From Pelomyxa schiedti (taxonomy: Eukaryota > Protista > Evosea): a stretch of 64,000 nucleotides of DNA. The notes under the pieces were generated by a model. That model searched no databases and had not been told where the DNA came from. It saw nothing but the letters and a program-made list of their open reading frames with translations. This document shows positions 48,844 to 60,539 of this stretch, one piece after another. The stretch lies in the NCBI GenBank assembly GCA_020536535.1, contig JAHLWZ010000605.1:1-64000 (forward strand), written 5' to 3'. Every line of letters starts with the position of its first letter. The stretch's first letter is position 1. A program made the translations under genes and the position numbers.

Positions 48844-51800
48844 TCAGAAGTGTTTTTGCTCTTGTGCTTGTGATGGCTTTCTTCTTTGGGATTGTGTCTC
48901 TCCTTGGTAATAAGTGTTAGTGTATCTAGAGTAGTTAAGTTGGCTTACAAGGGCTTCATGGAGTGCTTGGACAGCGGACTTGTAGTAAGAGTCAGGGATG
49001 GGTATCGTGTCAATTTCGCCTTCACTACTGGCTGAAAGATCCTCATACAATCTGGGAGAGCTCTTAGAACTAGGGGAAAAAGCGTGGTGACCAACTTGTG
49101 CATCTTCGGAGTGTTGTCTTGTAGCCAGTCATTGAACTTCGTCATGAAAGCCTCTTTATTAGAAAAATCTACACCATTGGCCAGATTCTGCAGCATCTTC
49201 GTTATAATTACGAGTTCTCGTCGAATCGAGTCAGGTGGTGGTGTGGGAAGTAGTCCATAACTGGCATTGCTTAGTTGGTTCAGATGTTTTATAATTCGTT
49301 AGTACCTTTCCGGTACTGCAATGGCAGTATTGATAAACCGCAGAACAAAGAATGCCCCAAGTGAAGGTCTCACATATTTTGGAGCCTTATGCTCCACCTG
49401 TAGAATGAGCTAAGCACGACCACATTTGAGAGGGTTGACATACTTCGATTTTAATGTGGTGACATATCTTCCGTAGAGATACAGGTAATTTGCCAATAGA
49501 CCGCGTTATTTGAAGGAAGAATTTGGTGGCTATAAGTCGCACGCCTATGGCGTTCAGATCCTCGTCCACCATGTCATTCATTTGACTTGGATTTACCTTA
49601 ACACAGTTCAGCGTAAAAGACGGTGGTGTATGAAAACCTCATAGTTTGTAGTGACCAGAGACACAGAGCCTTCGTGGCTTTCCTAATTGTTCATTAACGA
49701 AACCCAGTAAGGAGAGACAAAAAACTGTTTGATCAGCTGCTTCTTGTAGAATATTTTCAAATAAAACGGATAGGGTCTGGAATAAATATTGCAGTCCCAC
49801 AATTTTGGAGTAGAACTAACTACATTAAAATATGATAAGTTCAATACCAGTCTCTACCTTGAAACATTTTGTTGAGGCACTATTTGAACGGAACATTACT
49901 TCAGGATCTCTGGCATCTCCCACTTCTTTGGATATCAAGTGCATAATCTGTCCTTGTGAGCACCAGGTACTAAAATACAAAATGTCTCTACCAGTGCAGC
50001 TCCTTGTTTGTGTTGCTCAAAGAAGTACACAAGAGCTTTGCAGAGATTCTCCGATTCAGTTATGTCCATTGACTTCACGAGGTGATCAACAGTAGTCCAG
50101 TCGCTATTTCGGAAGTCTTGCACCTGATCACTAAATTAGAAGTACAAAGGTCAAATAAAATTCACCAATAAGTCTTCTATCTGGGTTTTATCAACCTCGG
50201 AAAGAGGTAACCCAATGGTACTTACATCAGAAAATCTGTGGAACAACGATGAAGATTGGTTAAGTGGGTTTTCAGGCTTACTGGTGTTTGACCAGTTCAG
50301 AAAAATGTAACTGGAGTCTCTTTGTTCTGCGGTGCCGAACAATTGCAAGTACAATAAAAGCAAAGAAGATAGCTCCAACGAAAGGGATCACAAGTAATGC
50401 GAGAAGAGTGTAGCTCTTTTTTGAGTCTCCTACGGCGGTATCAGAAACTACTCTGATGCTTCAAGCGTGGTGGTACCTGTATCATCTGGTGTCTCACAAA
50501 AAGCTCCATGCCACTTCGCCCAACAGTTACAGTAAGTTCCAGTGGTATTTGAAGTGCAACTGCCGTGTCCGCATTTCACAAGGTAGCAGGGACTAAAGGA
50601 AGGGATGAGTTTGGTAACATTTATGAAAGCAAACTCATGTGCTGTCTTGAAGAAGGATACTGTACTATAGACGGTTTCCCAGCCATTTGTAATTCCCAAA
50701 AACCAGGAGTAATTGGTGTCAGACTGGAGACGTATTTTCTGTGATGTGGACTGGCTGGTGATAGTAATATTTTCAGCAACACTCCATGAACTATTGGTCG
50801 TTGTATTGACGTTCTGGCTTTCTTTTTTCCCGCTTATTTTTTACTTGAAAAAGAGGAAGAATGTACCAGCAAGTAAAATCAGTTGGAATTGATTGTCATA
50901 TGTCTTACTTGGGCACACATGACCCCAAGTAGTAACATTTCCCCATTGAAACAATACATCTTCACTGTATGTTACATTTGCAAGATCAACAGGAAATAGC
51001 AGCAAGGGTGCTTCTGGAGACCAGTCATAACAGCATAAAAATCGCAAATAATCTGTTGTGGATTGCACTTGATCCTATATTGAATGAGTGCAAGGAGCCA
51101 ATAAAAGAAAGAAACCTTGTTTGTTACTCGAACACGCCAATAGTACCTAATAATAAGAAAATGCAGTGAATAAAATAAATATCGAAGCTGGGATATCGGG
51201 TACACACGTTTGATCTAACACCCAATTGGTGGTGTTGAAAGTCAGAGTGGACGGTTCTGCAGAAGATTGCTCAATCACATCAGCTGGACTGGAGGGCCAG
51301 TCGTTGGTTTTCGTGCTCAAAAATAATGAATACTTTCTGGCGCTTGAACTCTTGCATTCTGTTCCCCAGTCATCGAGGGAAGAAATTTGAATCTGGTCCT
51401 CTGGGCGGACTATCATTCCTTCAATGGGATTTTTCTGGGCTGGATATCCAGGTTTGGATGGTATGCAAACTTGAAGGTGTATTAAGTAAGACTTAAGAAT
51501 AAATCGTGCAAAACATACTGGTAAAGTTGAAATGCTGGGGTTCATCCGACTGAAGGTCCCCGTTGGATGAAATTACCCACCACTCATAGAATCCCTCTTC
51601 AAGAGAAAGGACAAGCTGGATAGACGCCGTAGTGGCTGAAATAGAGAAGGTGGTACCCTTCTTAAGAAGCCGTAATGTGGAATCGTTCTTCTGTGTAGAG
51701 AAGCAACTATGGCCATAATCTGATATGGTCCAATTAAACACCACAGACAGTTGATCCAGTGTCGAAGCTGGCTTCGGGAATTCAAGTACAGGTATAGATG

Positions 51801-54800
51801 GGGATCTCATTTGGCATAAATAAAAGCTGCGTGCTTCAGAAAACACCTATTCAATATTGGATGTGGAAAAACCAATCACAGTTTTACGATAGATTCAGTG
51901 TTGTTCACAGAAACCTGCCAGGTCCAATTCCCAGGATAAAGTGGAAATTCAACAAGGTAACTTTGTTCATTGATTAGAGTGTTCACGAATTGAAAAGTAG
52001 TGCAACCTTGTAGTTGTAGTTGCAGTTGCAACAGAGAAGTGTGTGGTACTGTTGAAGATATACAGTATGGAAATGCAGGGCTTTACATAAGGACAACTTG
52101 TTCCACAATCTGGAGCACTCCACTTTAGGGAAAGAGCTTTATCGAAGTCACGGAGTTCATTTGCCTGCGGTTCCTGAAGAACGGGGGCTACAGGCCCCTT
52201 TCTGACACACACACTAAAAGAGCTCAGCGCGAGTGGTGTGAAGGATGCACCATTGAAATAACGTAGATGCCACTGGTAAGTAGCAACAATGGCGGGGAAA
52301 GAAGACGCTGGAACGTATGAAGAAATAGTGGTATTATAAATCACGTCATCTATGTAGGCAAGCCCAGTGCTGTCAAACACAGTAAAGTCAATGTACGAAG
52401 GGTACACTGAATTACAGTTATCCCCTAAAGGAGGGGCAACCCATGCGAAGGATACTTCGTCATTGGTTACAACAGCTCCAATAGAAGGGACTGTGAGTGT
52501 CGGTGCAACAATCAAAGTGTCTGGAACACAATAGGTGAATGTGCTCGAGGTAACTCCAGAACATTTACTTAGAGTGCACGCTGAAACGGATACAGAGTTC
52601 GCCACCCCATCCACTACAAAGGCATCAAAATATGACTGAGTTACTGGGAAACTATAAGGTTGACTATTGAAAACCACTGAGTATGTCTGAGTTTGATCAC
52701 AGGTTGTTCTCCAAGATGAAGGTTGCTGCCATCTAACAGTTACAGTGGATGACCCTGTGACTTGTCCACTGGGAGTAACATTTTGTGGTGGATAAGGTGT
52801 CTCTACTAAGCAAATGAAGAACGATCTTTCTGATGATGTAGAGAGTAAGGCTCCATTCCATGCCGAGACACGCCACCACCACCATCCTGGAGAGAAGTCA
52901 TCTGTCAAAGATTTAGATGACGTAACAGTTTGATTCCAGGGAGCAGTTGTGCTGTTCCGTACTTCGACGATGAATAGTCTCAAGGTAGTGCCATTACAAA
53001 CTTTACCAAAGGACTTGTATGTTTTCCCCCACTCCAATGTGACAGTTGTAGAAAGGAATGTACTATTCGTGACAGGTGAAGAGAGGAGTGGTGTGTCTGG
53101 GTACGTATTGTTGCATGTTACTGGAACGGAGACAGTCGAATTCGTCGAAACGGTTTTATTTACAGTCACTGTCTGATTCACTATCACAGTGGTATTCATA
53201 GCTACTGTGGTGTTGACAGCAACTGTAGTGTTTACCAATTTGGTGGTATTTACTAACTTCGTGCTATTCACAGTGATAGTGACATTTACTGTACAATTTG
53301 CAAACATAGTTTCACCTGCTGTACATGAAACATAAGTAAAAGTTCCCCCAGAGCAAGCTACCGCTGTTGTGCCATTTGTTGTACAATTCACAGTTTTCGT
53401 CTCATTTACAACAGATACGGTTTTTTCTTCAGATATTGTTACATTTTCTGCAACAGTTGTGTTGATTGCCACAGTTGAATTAATAGTAATCGTGGTGTTC
53501 ATAATGACAGTAGTATTGACGGGAATAGTAGTGTTGACTGAGACTGTACTGTTCACAGGCACCACAGTTGAACTCTGTGGATGGTATTCTATACTGCCAA
53601 TCCCAACACTGCCATGGTGGCCATTACTGGCGACCACATACCACCAGGCTACACCTTCATGTAAGTAAACTGTAAGATTTCCTGATGTATTGGCTTCTCG
53701 TATAAGGATCGTTTCATTGAATACAACAGTAATATTGCATTTCGGTGAGTCAAGGCATGATTGGCCACATGATGGAATATCCCAGGATATTGTAATGTTG
53801 CTTTGCTCTGTGACATACGGAGACCCATTCGGAGTAAGTACTGGCTCATCTGGTGGAACCAATATGCACATTTGAACACTTTGGACGGGAGAAACAGGAT
53901 TTAGCATTCCATTGTGAACCCCCAAGGCCCAATATAAAAACGAAGCTGTTTTATCCACTTCCGTAGGCATGAATTCTGTTGAATTCAGATCCAAAATGGA
54001 GTGCCAATATCGAGAGTCATTGTACGAGGAAATATCATGTGAATACCAAAGCAATAAAGCGGGCTGATCGTATTCACAGTTAAACCCATATGATACACTA
54101 TCCCAGGCAAGAGAAGTCACATCAACAATAAACTTCTCAGATGTAAGCGGGGATAGCAGGACTGGATCAATCTCAGGGTATGACGTGCATAGTCGAAAAG
54201 TATTTAGACTCGTGTTCGTCTGCTTCGCTGTATTGTCTGCTGTCACATACCACATGTGTAACCCAACAGCCACAACAGTATTTATGGATTGACCATGGGT
54301 CGTCCCGATTTGTGAACCATCAAGATAGACAGTATAAATGCCCTCTATTTTTAGAAGGTGAATTGACCGTATTTAAATATAATCGTGTAACCTGTGCCTG
54401 GGCAACTGGTACCCATATTGCTAGTGGGGTACCATGATAAAGATATATTCAGAAAAGAAGTGTTCAGTAAAGGGAACAAGGCTCCATTCAAAGGATATTC
54501 CAATGAAAATGGCCAAGGTGAAGTTGGTGTGCAATAGGTGAAGGTCCAAGTGTCAGATTGCGACGTGTAAATAGTATTACTGGCTACTACATACCAGTTG
54601 TATCCACCGTCCCCCAATGCAGTATTGTGGAGATACGTGGGCACGGTAAGATTGGAAGCAATTCTACTTGGAGAATTGTTCGTCTGACCAAGAAATACAT
54701 CGAACCAGTTGTCAGCAGGATAAAAGAGATTGAATCCTTGTGGTAGTTAATGCGCGAATAGTTGCCTAATACATAAAAGTCTACCTGTTTGCTTGCAGAT

Positions 54801-56781
54801 GAACCAATGTGTAGATGTGCAAACGTCAGCCAACCAGCCAGAGGCTGAAGCATATACACAATCCTTGGTTGGCGCATTTGAAGTCACTCCACCAGAGGGA
54901 ACATAGCTCAGCTTTGAGCCATCTAGCCATTCAAAGGTTTCTTCTACTCTATTTTCTGAGTGAGACGATGGAATATAAATGCGGAGTTACCTAGAGTCCG
55001 AAAGGCCTATCCAAAAAGAATTTCCGTTCAGCAGGCTTGATAAGTATGTGTATTCCTCATTGGATAGAACGGATGCAAGGGAGACGTCCACTCCGGAGGA
55101 CTGACAAGTCTTTAGAGCGGAGTCGAAGTCTTTTCCAGTCTGCACAAATTTATAGCAAGCAACAGGATTGGAGCTATCTGTTGGCCAAAAGATATCAAAT
55201 CCAGCTGAGCAGCTGTGGCCTTGAAATTTGATGGTTATTTGATCAATGTATGAAAGTCTTGCTTACCCTTATAGAATCCCCATTGCAGGAGAGGAGGGTT
55301 CAGTGGCCTGTAGGCCCCATTACTTGGGGAGTAAGGAATGGGAGTCAATGGATATTTGGCGGATGTAACACGAAAGGAACTCTTAGTGGAGGTATTTGTG
55401 GCCTGCAACGAACCAACTTTGAGCACTGCGGTAACGTTCTTTTTTTTTTCCCCCGTTGTTAACTGAGTAAATAAGATTTTAAGAAGAAACCCATGTGCAA
55501 GAACTATCGGAAGACAGGGAAATTTGTAGGCTGGTCGAGTTCAGATCACGTTCTATTCGGGAGAGTGTACTGTCTCCAACACAATTATACCAAACATCAT
55601 ATGTTATCTTGGCGCCAGTGCAGACAGTCCCAGTAATCACAGTAGACCAAGTCAACGTAACGGATCGAGACTGTGAGAGTTAGAAAATTCGCTAACTAAC
55701 TAAAGGCACTCACATAGCCTATCGAATCTGATTTGGGAGAAGTAAGAAGAGGTGTGGCTGGAGGTCTGAGGACACAAAAACTCTGTAATGGTTCTACAGC
55801 AGATATTTTTTTTTCTGAGCAGCGATAGTTCACATAAATTGAGGCCCAGTCCAAGCGCCAACAGATTCCACTAGCAGTAAGAGGAAGCTCATATGAGCAA
55901 CTAGTTAGATTCTTATTGCTTCCGCAGGCACTTTCCAGTCTTGATGTGAGATCACCGCAGTACTCTTAGGAAGTGTTAGTGTCGGATGTAGTTGTCAAAG
56001 GTATTCGTACTCGAATCCCCGGATGGATTGGAGTAGCATGATCTCGATGAGTCCTTCCAACCAAATGCCTTTTCTACATGTACAATGTGGAGAGGAGTAG
56101 GACAAGAGATAGTTATCCAGCGCCTCCAGTCGTACCAGTATATTCCCGGATTGCTGCAGATAAACCTTAATCATGTGAGATCAAATGCATAGCTGCAAAA
56201 CAAAGATACCCCAACTGCGGCAAAGGCGCTGCTCTCCAGTAGTACTGTCCAGGTTGGAAGGCCACACCTAGAATTAAAAGAATGTGAGGAAGACTGATCC
56301 AAAGATTATTTCGTGGGTAAAACATTTCAAACACCACAATGAAAGAAACAGTAAGAGACACAAACATCGTAACAGTACTTATAACTCTGTCGTTGGTATT
56401 TATTGATGATGTTCTCCTGGTTCCCAGCACGGTAGTGAGCGGCGAGGCAGTTCCCCATTCAATAGCGAACTGCGCCAAGTCACCCAACGTGGAAGTACTC
56501 GGCTGGCAGTAAGTCGTAAAACCCGCATATGACACCTTAAATTGCACAGTAGCGCTGGCCTCCGCCGGTCCCAAAATCCATCCACTGGCAGAGGTAACCG
56601 AAGCGCTCTGTGTATAACCAGGGCACGTACTGCAGTCAGTGCTACAAGACGAACTCTGAGATCTGCATGGCAAGGCAGCATACAAAACAACCAAAATTGC
56701 GGCCACAAACAGAGATCTCGCAACCACGACAGGTTTCATCTCCTTCATACACCGGTGTGGTGCACCATGCACGCGTTGCAT
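48844..56781 (-). CDS. Single-pass receptor-like protein: signal peptide, FN3/Ig-like repeats, EGF, TM, cytoplasmic RasGAP domain
   Basis: Signal peptide 'LFVAAILVVLYAALPCRS'. Repeated 'P..P.L.SP...V.L.W...Y.W.V.A.NG' modules. EGF 'CYLVKCGHGSCTSNTTGTYCNCWAKWHGAFCE'. TM 'LLALLVIPFVGAIFFAFIVLAIV-RHRRTKR' (about 50320-50406). RasGAP 'VMFRSNSASTK', 'LPVSLRKIC', 'FFVLRFINTAI' and 'KMLQNLAN'. Confidence 0.82.
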
Positions 56782-57179
56782 GATAGTAGTGGTGGCGGTG
56801 GGTGTGGTGCGAGGGTTTTCGCTTTCTTTATGGTGTTTTTTCTTTTGTTTCGTTTCCGGCCACTTTGTTGACATCCCCAAGACAAGACCGGAAAAGTCAT
56901 AATCTTGTGTTTTACCGGTCGACAAATACGACGAATCCACTGCAACGTCGTGTACTTGCGGTTTTTAAATGGGTCCCGACTGTCTTTCGCGTTAATGATG
57001 AAACATTGAGATCTGACACACTTTCTGTTTAAAGGTTGTCACGAACCCCGGGGTTTTCGTTGGCTGTTTATGGAGAGAATTCCCCGTAGAGCTCTGAAGT
57101 TACATTGGAAAAAAGAGATGCCTTTTTTTCAACTGAGGGTGAAGTTGTCATTTTGCGAAATGATTATCACTTGATACAT

Positions 57180-58517
57180 TTAATTGGACGATGGTACCAG
57201 CGAAGGTTGGGCTGTTGGATACACTCCAGACAAATTGTACATTGCACAAACTCTAGAGTGGATTAAAAGGTGAGTTGGGCTCACAGGTTGTAGGAAATAT
57301 ACGGTGCAAGTTGGGATGCAAAAGAGACCAGGAACTCAGAAGCAAGTTGTCTTGTGTCAACGGTGGCAAGCAAACTGAGTTCAACAAAATAGCCATCAAA
57401 AATAGGCTCACCGTTCTGTGGGATTGTAGTTGGTGTCAGGGCCAGGGCAGAAGGAATCATACAATTCTCTTTATTTCAGAGACAGTGACGGTCATTCCAG
57501 TTGGGTGATAAAACTTTGTCCCTGCACGGATGAATTGCCAAGTTAATTGCATCCCCATCAGCTTCAGAAATTCGTCTACATTGGGACTTGCCTCAGTCTA
57601 GTTCATAATTAATGTGAACTACTATAAAAATGACGTTTCTCGGTAATATCATAAAATTTAAAGAGCACCACAATCTAACCATGACGACGTTTCTTATGAC
57701 AACTTTGGGGTCTCTATCAGTTAATATGGTTCCAACGTACTTCAGGTGCCTTAAACATTGTAAAATTCCCGTAACGGAGAAAAATATCTCACCAGCAATC
57801 AGGAGTCGGAGTTATAGTGTGCACAGTGTGAAGCTCTGTTTGGACTGAACAAAGTGAGCCGTCAAGAAACCACGGCGGGGGGAAATCACACCTATCTTGT
57901 TCTTTAACTGCTCCAGGTAATAATTCAAGTTGTTAATCACCGGATTTGAGAGTCCCTTGTTGACAAAGTCCTCCCGCTTCAACTTATCCAGCTGGGCGCC
58001 AGTCACATTTTTCAGTACAGCAGCCTCAGGGCTCACAGATATAGCCCACTTTTCAACCTGCTCTGCCGTCCAGCTCCTGTAATCTAGCATCCCATAATCG
58101 CACCACTTTCTCCAACAAATAAACTACACACTAGCGTCCCCAGCCACCAAAGCCGAAGCGCCAGTCAACAAACAAGCAAGAAAGCAAGCACGCACAACAA
58201 CAACAACAACTGGTTGGACGGGCCGACCAACCTTTTGGCTCGTACACAGACTCCGTCAGCTCGAACCTCTCTTCCTCCGAGTCGCACAGGCACCTGAGCC
58301 TCGCAACCAGCGCCGCCACGTTGGGCCTCTCCACCGCCCCGTGGTAGCTGCACGACATGGCCCCCGCGCTGCCCCCCGCCCCCGCGCCGCCGCCGCCTCC
58401 GCCAGCTCCCCCGCCGCCCCCGCCGGGCCCCCCCAGCTCCCCGCTGCTCCGCGTGCCCGTGACTCCTCCCCCGCCACCCGTCCCGCCCCGCGGCGGTATC
58501 CCCGTCACGCTGCGCAT
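57180..58517 (-). CDS. MED18: Mediator subunit 18 with an inserted SAM-like domain
   Basis: 'CSYHGAV...LVARLRCLCD...FELTESVYEPK', 'CWHLKYVGT...VVIRNVV', 'SPNVDEFLKLMGMQLTWQFIRAGTKF' and 'YFVELSLLA...LVSFASQLAP'. These parallel MED18 motifs (WxLRYLG, FLxxMGF, YLVELS, FAxQLxP). Confidence 0.8.
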
Positions 58518-58676
58518 TGGCGGTAATTGTCGACCTTGAGATGACAAAGGAAATAAATGAACTCCGAGTTGGTGCCGGAAAAGTGTTGCAAGACAAGCAA
58601 GGGGGACAAAGGAGTTTTCTCTTGTGCGTTGGTTTGTGAATGCCGGAGTGATTTCTGGCTGCCAGGTAATGTCATG

Positions 58677-60379
58677 TCATGCAGGTGACAAATCCTGGGC
58701 GAACCAGAAGATACTGAGGCGGGTGACTGAAAAGAACACACCAACTAGTAGTATGACAGTGGCCAGCGTGGCGAGCAGCTTGCCTTGTGTGGTTACCTTT
58801 ACTTGGAGTGCAAGGAACAGGGAGGCTGGTATGATCAATGATATCAGAATCACTGCAGTGCTGCCAGTCAAATCTGTGCGCGGCGTCAGTGGGCGGAAGG
58901 AATTTGCAAACTCATCCGCGTGTACCTAGTAAATAGTGTATGCTTGGGAAAAGGATCCCGATACCAACGCATAGGCTGACCAACACAACCGTTTCAATGT
59001 TCTTCCTTGCTTCCGACAGCTCTGCCTTTCGAAGGGAATTGATGCAGGACCTGAGGGCAAACATCTTGGTAGGAAATGTCAGGCACACAGTGCCACACAT
59101 CGCCACTCTCGCTGCAGTAATGACAACATTGTTTCCAGTGAAATTCTCGAATATATCATCACTCCTTCATCTCCTTTACTATAGCTCAATTAGGGTCTTG
59201 AAATGGACCTACGTTGCTGCTCCGAACATAAGATAGCCAGATAGCGCAAAAAGCATATATAGTATGAGCATAATGAGCACACTGGACGCACACACAGCAG
59301 AAAATCTCTTTACAGATCTTGGCTCTAGCTCCTTATGTTGGGTGAATAATCCAAATGGAGTGCGGAATAGCATACTTGATAAACGCTTAAGACATTATAA
59401 TGCGCCACAAAAGCAACAAAAATTATGGGAACTGACTGAAATGAATTCCACCCTGCTCCTCCAAGTTTCGTTCCTGAAGCTACAGTTCCTTTTGTTTCGA
59501 CTAAAAATACAAACACCACTCCAACAGCAGCACACACAGCAGCTATCATTGCAATAAAACTGTTGATTTTTTTTAGTGCCTTCAAAATCATGCATTTTCA
59601 TACCTGAAAACCTTTAAAGAGGAAAGTCGAGACTTCATAGAAAGAGGTATGAAAATACAAACAGAAATGATGATTGAAAGCAGCTGTTTGTTTCTTATAA
59701 ATGTCCAGTGTTGTGGGAGGGCCACCTGGCCAAGCAGTTCTGACAACCAATCCCCTGTTATGACTTAATGATTTCTCCTGAGGGAAGTGGGGAATACCTA
59801 TGAATATTGAAAGAACTGTGCATATGAGCAGAGTTTGCATAATAATTACCAAACTAGATGCAATAGCCTAGAAAATATGAGCAACCAGTGTGGATGAAAT
59901 ACAACTTAACTATAATGGCTCTGAAACACCTTCTTCCGCCACAAGAGTGGATCAAGCCTTCCACAGAAAAAGTGTGCACTTGTTCACTTGTTTGTAAAAT
60001 AAATAAATAAGAAGCTGAGAGAAAAAGGCAGTGCATAATACCTACAAGACACAAGCATGACGAGTGTAATCCAATTGAGTAGGCCACAGAAGAGCATCAT
60101 AACCGTAAATGGGAGAATGCCAGCAATCTTGACAGCAAAAGGCAGTGCTACCATACCAGCACCAAGCATGGTATTCACCTTAATATTTGGACAACAAACC
60201 ACTCAGTCAGTAATACATTCACATTTATTGCATTTGTTTTTTTTCCCAAAATAAACCATTGAAACGGTGGCTGTGAACGGAGTCCCGCTGTGCACCAACT
60301 TGGGGTCGACCATAATGGCACCGTGTGGGCTGTCCTCAACAACAATTGTGGGAACTACATCCTGTACTCCAGCTCCCAT
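58677..60379 (-). CDS. Amino acid transporter, Aa_trans (SLC38/AVT-like) family
   Basis: 'VNTMLGAGMVALPFAVKIAG', 'FQSVPIIFVAFVAHYNV', 'LTFPTKMFALR' and 'LTGSTAVILISLIIP'. There are many TM segments. Confidence 0.88.
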
Positions 60380-60539
60380 AATCCCGCGACAACCATCCCT
60401 GCCACCGTAAACTCCACACGACACAAATTGCATGACTCTTTGTACTGACTCACACACGACCAGCACGGTCACGGCATTGCTAATACAAAATAAAGAGTAA
60501 TTTTGGATCTGCAGAAACACTTCGCTTTTTAAATTTCAT

